DNA of 64,000 nucleotides from an uncultured Weeksellaceae bacterium (GTDB lineage Bacteria; Bacteroidota; Bacteroidia; Flavobacteriales_D; UBA2798): NCBI GenBank assembly GCA_964460845.1, contig CAYWRZ010000004.1, positions 2,920 to 66,919 of the forward strand, read 5' to 3'. Shown piece by piece: positions 58,898 to 64,000 of this stretch (position 1 is its first letter; each line of letters starts with the position of its first letter). The notes under the pieces were generated by a model. It saw only the letters and a program-made list of their open reading frames with translations, ran no database searches and was not told where the DNA came from. The position numbers and the translations under genes were made by a program.

Positions 58898-59505
58898 TAA
58901 AAGAGATTCTGAAACCCTACACCCAAGCTACGTTCGATGAAAAAGTAGAAATTTACAATCAGATTTCACAGCAGTTGTATCAGTTTCTCGGATTAAACCA
59001 ACCGGTGTTGAATGTGCAGTTGGTACCACTGGAAGAGATAGAAGCCAACGATTATAACCCCAATAAGGTGGCTCCCCCCGAAATGCGTTTGCTGGAGCTT
59101 TCTATCCGCAAAGACGGACTTACGATGCCTGTGGTGGTAGCGAATGAAAAAGGAAAGAAAAAACGTGTTATTGTCGATGGCTTTCATCGTACGGCCGTGT
59201 GCAGGAGCACGCCCGAAATCAGGAAGAAGCTCCGGGGTTATCTGCCTGTTACACATCTTAACAAAACGCTTGAGCACCGAATTACCGCTACGGTTCGTCA
59301 TAATATGGCGCGGGGCACGCATCAGGTAGAGCTCTCGGCGAGGTTGGTCACCTTTCTCAAACGAAACGACTGGAGCAATATCCGAATCGGGGAGGAGCTG
59401 GGCATGGATGCCGACGAAGTGCTGTGGCTCAGGCAGATTACCGGCCTGGCAGAAGCATTCAGGGATCAGGAGTTTTCCCGTTCCTGGGAAGTGCGTGGAG
59501 AATGA
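58894..59505 (+). CDS. IbrB/YbdM-like ParB/Srx-fold protein
   Basis: ANDYNPNKVAPPEMRLLELSIRKDGLTMPVV, IVDGFHR, TVRHNMARG, LGMDADEV. ATGA overlap with the upstream gene. Confidence 0.9.
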   Translation: MIKEILKPYTQATFDEKVEIYNQISQQLYQFLGLNQPVLNVQLVPLEEIEANDYNPNKVAPPEMRLLELSIRKDGLTMPVVVANEKGKKKRVIVDGFHRTAVCRSTPEIRKKLRGYLPVTHLNKTLEHRITATVRHNMARGTHQVELSARLVTFLKRNDWSNIRIGEELGMDADEVLWLRQITGLAEAFRDQEFSRSWEVRGE

Positions 59506-60552
59506 TCAGCGCTCGTCCTGGTAGTAAATCTTGTAAAATTTACGTCCGCCTTCGTCCACACCCTGCTCAATAAGATCCCGATCGCCGTGGATGTAGATGT
59601 GGAAATTCTTATCGAGCTTCAGCACGCTTTTGAAAATTTTAGCCTGTTTTTTTACGGCTTGTGTCGAAATTTCAAACTCGTCGGTAAATCCGGTTTGGTT
59701 ATTTTCACGGTAAGAGCCGTCGAAATCGCGAAAAGAGCGGATCAGGTCTTCTTGTACGAAAACTTCTTCTTCAAACTCTTTTTTATCAAAAGTATCGTGC
59801 GTTTTGAAATAGGCTACTGAGCGGTTCAGCAGGTCGATTTGATCGGCTTTGCTCACTTCAAATTCTTCGGGAAGCTGTTCTTTCACAAAACTTTTGGCGA
59901 AGCTCAGAAAATCGCGGGTTTGGTGATACGCATCGCGCGCAGGGCTGATCTGTAAAAACAGATCTTTCCAGTATTGCGCTTCGGCCGAGCGATTGGCTTT
60001 ATCTACCACGCACACGCGGTATCCCTCTTCGCGATCGAGGTTCAGGATGAGGCAGCCTTTGTCGAGCTTTTCTACGTTAATACCTTCGTCGTACCGCAGC
60101 GAAAATTCAGTAGCCAGTTGGTCGAGCTTCAAAAAAGGATGCCGGCTTTCCGATTTGAAAATGCCTATGGCTTCGGTAGTTTCCCCCTGAAGGCTGAGCT
60201 GCGAAAAATACACCACAAACAAATCTCCGGGTTTGATTTGCGGGTGCACGGCCACTTCGTAGAGCTGGCGGGCAATGTCGATACTTATGGCATGAAGCTG
60301 ATCGGGTGCATCGAACAGGGTTTCGGCAAAACGGAACAGCGGATTAAGCCTGTGATCGCCGTTAGAAAAAGTAAAGGTGTAACGTTCTTCGCTCCGAAAA
60401 GCGTCAAGAAAATACCGGGCGAGCAGCTCGTTGAGCCGCGGATCGGAGAGATCGGCGGGCGAATCGGAAAGCCGAAGCGCTTCTTCCTGCGTGGCATTTC
60501 CTACGTGGTGAATGCTCATGGAGGCTATCTGGCATTGCGTGAAATCGGTCAT
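59506..60552 (-). CDS. Nucleoid-associated protein (NA37/YejK family, Bacteroidota type)
   Basis: IHHVGN, IGIFKSE, GINVEKLDKGCLI, YWKDLFL, KSVLKLDKNFHIYIHG. Confidence 0.88.
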   Translation of the reverse strand: MTDFTQCQIASMSIHHVGNATQEEALRLSDSPADLSDPRLNELLARYFLDAFRSEERYTFTFSNGDHRLNPLFRFAETLFDAPDQLHAISIDIARQLYEVAVHPQIKPGDLFVVYFSQLSLQGETTEAIGIFKSESRHPFLKLDQLATEFSLRYDEGINVEKLDKGCLILNLDREEGYRVCVVDKANRSAEAQYWKDLFLQISPARDAYHQTRDFLSFAKSFVKEQLPEEFEVSKADQIDLLNRSVAYFKTHDTFDKKEFEEEVFVQEDLIRSFRDFDGSYRENNQTGFTDEFEISTQAVKKQAKIFKSVLKLDKNFHIYIHGDRDLIEQGVDEGGRKFYKIYYQDER

Positions 60553-60687
60553 GGTACGGGCATTTTTCGACAGGTAAAAATAATTCTTTCCGCTACCAAA
60601 CCATAACGCAGCCCCTTTACTTTTTCTTAGATTTTACAGAACCTTATCTTTGTCCTATTCCTGCGGCAGGCAGCCGCGTTTTTACCT

Positions 60688-61455
60688 ATGAGCTACCGTG
60701 TCATTCCTCCCTGTGCAGCATTAAAATCTATCGTAAGCCATTTTTGGGAAGACGAATGGGAGGAACACACGCAAACGATAAGCTCGACCTATTACATGAC
60801 GGCCAGCACCTTCACGGAGATGGCCTTTGCTTTTCAGGGATCTTCCGCTCATCCCGAGCTGCGGTTTTCTTCGATACAGGGGCATACTTCGCATTATGCG
60901 GAATTTCCAGCGGGCGGATTTTTTAAGCTTTTTGGCGTTTCCCTGTATTCGCATTCTGTTCCGGTCTTATTTCAGTTGCCGGCTTCCGAACTTTGCCATC
61001 GTTTTTTGCCTATCGACAGCCTTTGTGGAAATGCAGGCGATGGTCTTATCGAAAGAATAGCGTTGGCGGCATCTACTGCCGAAAGGGTGCAGGTGCTTAC
61101 TTCGTTTTTTAAGGCACAACTGCTGCGGTCTTCGTCGTTGGATACCCGTATAGCCGGTGCGGTAAAGCACATAAGACAACAGCGGGGCAATGTGAACATT
61201 GCAGACCTGGCGGGTCAATGCGGTTTTTCGAAGAAACAATTCGAGCGGCGGTTTTTGGCTGGTTCCGGATTTAGTCCTAAGCTTTTTGCCCGTATAGTAC
61301 GTTTTGAAAATGCGATGCGAAGTTACCCTGAATATCCTGATCTTACGTCGTTGGCGTATGCTTCAGGATACTACGATCAGGCACATTTTATACGTGATTT
61401 TAATGCGTTTTCGGGGTATAGTCCGGCTAAGTTTTTTGCGCTGAGCGGATATTGA
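60688..61455 (+). CDS. AraC-family transcriptional regulator
   Basis: S.KQFERRF...G.SPK.FARIVRF, LAYASGYYDQAHFIRDF. Confidence 0.92.
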   Translation: MSYRVIPPCAALKSIVSHFWEDEWEEHTQTISSTYYMTASTFTEMAFAFQGSSAHPELRFSSIQGHTSHYAEFPAGGFFKLFGVSLYSHSVPVLFQLPASELCHRFLPIDSLCGNAGDGLIERIALAASTAERVQVLTSFFKAQLLRSSSLDTRIAGAVKHIRQQRGNVNIADLAGQCGFSKKQFERRFLAGSGFSPKLFARIVRFENAMRSYPEYPDLTSLAYASGYYDQAHFIRDFNAFSGYSPAKFFALSGY

Positions 61456-61605
61456 AAAATGTCTATTTTTTACAATTAAGGGTCGAAAGCAGATGGTAGT
61501 TTTGTGTGCGACTTTTGTCACCACCTCGTGAAGGCTTGTGGCGAAAAGCATTAATCCACCGCACAGCGACAATCTTAGTATAGTTAACCTTTCACATTTG
61601 CACAA

Positions 61606-62130
61606 ATGGACAATCAAAAAATCACCGAGCTGATAGTTTCCCAATACAAAGCGGCCTTACAGATGCTTCGCCGGGTAATTGAACAAACGCCCGAGGCCGA
61701 ATGGAACACTGCGGCCTATAAAAATCCCAATTGGCAACTGGCTTATCATATCGTATGGGGCGTAAAGTTTTACCTGGCTCCCAATGCGGAAAGTTACGCG
61801 CCCTGGCCGAATGCTCTCGAAGGTGCCGAAAGTCTTGGAGGAAGCGAAGACTGGGAAAACTCCGAAGTGCCGGTAGAAGGTTTTCACACGCGCGAAGAGC
61901 TGCTGGGTTTTATCGAAGAGTTGGAAAATCAGTTGCCGAAGGCCGTAGCGGCCCTGCCTTTTGAAGGGGAGTCGGGTTTTGAATGGTATCCGTATTCGCG
62001 CCTGGAGTTGCACATCAACAGTATTCGTCATATTCAGCACCATACTGCACAGCTCATCGAAAGGCTCAAAATACAAGGGATCAGCGGATTTCCCTGGGCT
62101 GCCGATGGGAATCCTCCGCAGCAATGGTAA
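61606..62130 (+). CDS. DinB-family protein
   Basis: WQLAYH and RHIQHHTAQL metal-binding His pattern; lies downstream of the AraC gene. Confidence 0.82.
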   Translation: MDNQKITELIVSQYKAALQMLRRVIEQTPEAEWNTAAYKNPNWQLAYHIVWGVKFYLAPNAESYAPWPNALEGAESLGGSEDWENSEVPVEGFHTREELLGFIEELENQLPKAVAALPFEGESGFEWYPYSRLELHINSIRHIQHHTAQLIERLKIQGISGFPWAADGNPPQQW

Positions 62131-62409
62131 GCGGGCGATGATTTTTATCCTGCCATCGTTGTGTTTTTCCCGGAATAGTTATATCTTTCTTCCTCTTAAT
62201 GAGGCAACTATCGGCTTTTCCGGTAGAATTAAACAGCCTGCTTTTGAATGAAAGGCAAGTTATATCCCGCTTTTCATCTTCTTACTTCCTGCTTTGTATA
62301 GTATTCCGAAAGGGAGGCATAAATCCGTTTCTGTCTCCTGTATGGGTATCGTATTCTGTATAGCCTGTAAACAGGCTCTTTATAGTGTGTTTTATTAAAA
62401 TTTACTACC

Positions 62410-62850
62410 ATGTCGAACGAAAAAGCTACACAGGAACGTACTGCCGCAGCGCAGGTGCCTTCCCACGATTCTTTTACGCTGATTTTGAACAGAACTATCA
62501 AAGGAGAACCCGTTATTCCCAATGCGCAATGTGATTTCTCGTACCAATGGGATTTTCAAACCAATATGGGACTGGCCTGTCTCGATGGGATGAACGGTAA
62601 TAAGCTGAACATTACCTTATATCCGCTTGGGATTGGGGGACAGCTCGCTTTTATGTCGGATATGGAGCCCGTGCATGTGGTGATTAACGGACAACGTGTG
62701 GTGCTTTTCCGCGTGGGTTTGCAGATCAACCTGAGCAGCGGATCGCGATCGGCATTTATCATGTTTAACGAAGATGGGTCATCCATTCAGGTTACGCCAC
62801 ATTTTGAGGAAAAAGAGCTCGCTTCTTTTGTGCCTGAAAAACTACCCTGA
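62410..62850 (+). CDS. Hypothetical protein
   Basis: 146-aa ATG ORF with an AT-rich leader; beta-strand-like alternating pattern. No motif recognised. Confidence 0.7.
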   Translation: MSNEKATQERTAAAQVPSHDSFTLILNRTIKGEPVIPNAQCDFSYQWDFQTNMGLACLDGMNGNKLNITLYPLGIGGQLAFMSDMEPVHVVINGQRVVLFRVGLQINLSSGSRSAFIMFNEDGSSIQVTPHFEEKELASFVPEKLP

Positions 62851-63014
62851 AGTATTGTTTTTCTTTTTTTAGGCCTGCGGCCAGGGCGATATTGCTTTGG
62901 CCGTTTTTGGGTGTAAAATGGCGGAGGCGTTTCGAAAAGGGTCGTTTTCATTTTGCGAAGCGAATGCGTATATTTTCTATTCTAAAAAGCAGCTACACCT
63001 TCTCAAATTCAGGT

Positions 63015-63455
63015 ATGACTTACGAAACGTTTCTTTTACGATTAGCTGTTGCTTTTGCGGCAGGTTTTACTATCGGCTTTGAACGCCAATGGCGGCAGAA
63101 AGCCGCCGGTTTACGAACGAACACGCTTGCGGCAGTGGGATCGGCGCTGTTTGTGCTGCTTTCCTTCATGATTACCCGGCCTAATGAAGACGTAACCCGT
63201 ATCGTGGCGCAGGTTGTAACCGGTATAGGCTTTATCGGAGCGGGGATTGTGTTTAAAGATCGACTCAATGTGCACGGACTTACCACGGCGGTTACCGTGT
63301 GGTGCAGCTCGGCCATCGGTTGCCTGGCAGGGGCGGGTTTTATCGTGGAAGTAGCGATTGCTACGGGCTTTATCCTTTTGATCAATTTCGGACTCAAGCC
63401 CATTGACAGATGGCTCAATGATCGAAAGCATGAAAAGGATCCTCCTTTGCGCTAA
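63015..63455 (+). CDS. MgtC/SapB-family membrane protein (short form)
   Basis: IGFERQ, AGLRT, RIVAQVVTGIGFIGAG, GLTTAVTVW. ATG at 63015. Confidence 0.9.
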   Translation: MTYETFLLRLAVAFAAGFTIGFERQWRQKAAGLRTNTLAAVGSALFVLLSFMITRPNEDVTRIVAQVVTGIGFIGAGIVFKDRLNVHGLTTAVTVWCSSAIGCLAGAGFIVEVAIATGFILLINFGLKPIDRWLNDRKHEKDPPLR

Positions 63456-63459
63456 TACT

Positions 63460-63852
63460 TTAGTTTCCGAAGCCGAAGAGTCTGCGTACCCGCGTGTCGC
63501 GCAGGCCGAGTCCTGCCCAAAGCAGAATGCCTAAATACACCGGAAACAGCGTATGACTGAACAGGGGGTTATCTACTCTTAGGTGTACGGCAACGGCTCC
63601 GCCGAGGTAAGCGGTGCTGAGCAGGGCACCCCATACTGCGGTGCGCGGAATGGCATAAAGCAGCGTGCAAACCAGCGAAATCGTTCCCAACACAGGAATA
63701 TGTTGTGCGGCAAAGCCCAGTTGGTTTACCGTGGTTTCATAGACTTCGGGCGAGTCGAAAAATTTGATCAGCGAATCGAACAGCATAAAAAGAATCACAA
63801 GGCCGCTCAGGATCCAGCCTGTGCGCGATTGGGCGGTGGTAGCTTGTGTCAT
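63460..63852 (-). CDS. DoxX-family membrane protein
   Basis: LFMLFDSLIK, LYAIPRTAVWGALLSTAYLGGAVAVH. Confidence 0.88.
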   Translation of the reverse strand: MTQATTAQSRTGWILSGLVILFMLFDSLIKFFDSPEVYETTVNQLGFAAQHIPVLGTISLVCTLLYAIPRTAVWGALLSTAYLGGAVAVHLRVDNPLFSHTLFPVYLGILLWAGLGLRDTRVRRLFGFGN

Positions 63853-64000
63853 AAACAGAGAATTAAGTGCGTTTTACTTTTAGCGCTATGATTTTTCTTT
63901 TTTGTGATAAAGGAAATAAGAGCTGAATATCAGACCGAGAATAATTACCGGGAAGATAAAATATTCGGGTGGAAATTTCACTGCGATAAAGGAGTAGATT

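Noticed and set aside
57701-59505. Complete Dnd or Ssp phosphorothioation system
   Set aside because: No DndB/D/E, SspB/C/E or restriction genes in the window. Only the IbrAB-like pair is present, so it is reported as a hypothesis, not a call.
63015-63455. MgtC as a truncated pseudogene
   Set aside because: Short MgtC/SapB forms lacking the C-terminal domain are common; the TM motifs are intact and the convergent DoxX gene leaves no room for a frameshifted remainder.

Overview
A gene-dense 64-kb chromosomal segment from a Bacteroidota bacterium. Evidence for the phylum: TAnnTTTG promoter elements, atpD-atpC split from the rest of the atp operon, a T9SS C-terminal sorting domain and a Flavobacteriia-like suf operon. 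Bases 1-18.6 kb and 28-37 kb are mostly housekeeping: lolC/E-like, rbfA, MsbA-like ABC, ribF, atpDC, tsaB, gdhA, metG, queA, ispD, dxs, thiL and iscA-sufBCD-Kazal-sufSE-sufT-DUF2480 behind a Fur-box-like palindrome. Three parts stand out. (1) 19.6-28.2 kb: two paralogous ~520-aa helical/TPR-like proteins of unknown function bracket two LytTR response regulators, a beta-propeller/Y_Y_Y LytS-type sensor kinase and a separately promoted 84-aa disordered lipoprotein; this is a candidate undescribed peptide-signalling system. (2) 47.5-48.7 kb: an orphan two-domain protein whose C-terminal part matches R-S-E clade ADP-ribosyltransferases but has an atypical active site (S-S-E; K-x-E). (3) 55-60.5 kb: a UvrD-like helicase, a group III truncated globin and an IbrA/IbrB-like PAPS-reductase + ParB pair next to a nucleoid-associated protein. 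There is also a five-gene signalling cluster (38-47 kb), a 1333-aa repeat-rich T9SS cargo protein and a hairpin-rich intergenic region at 53.9 kb. I saw no rRNA, tRNA, CRISPR array, transposase or integrase. All assignments come from motif recognition by eye; no searches were run.
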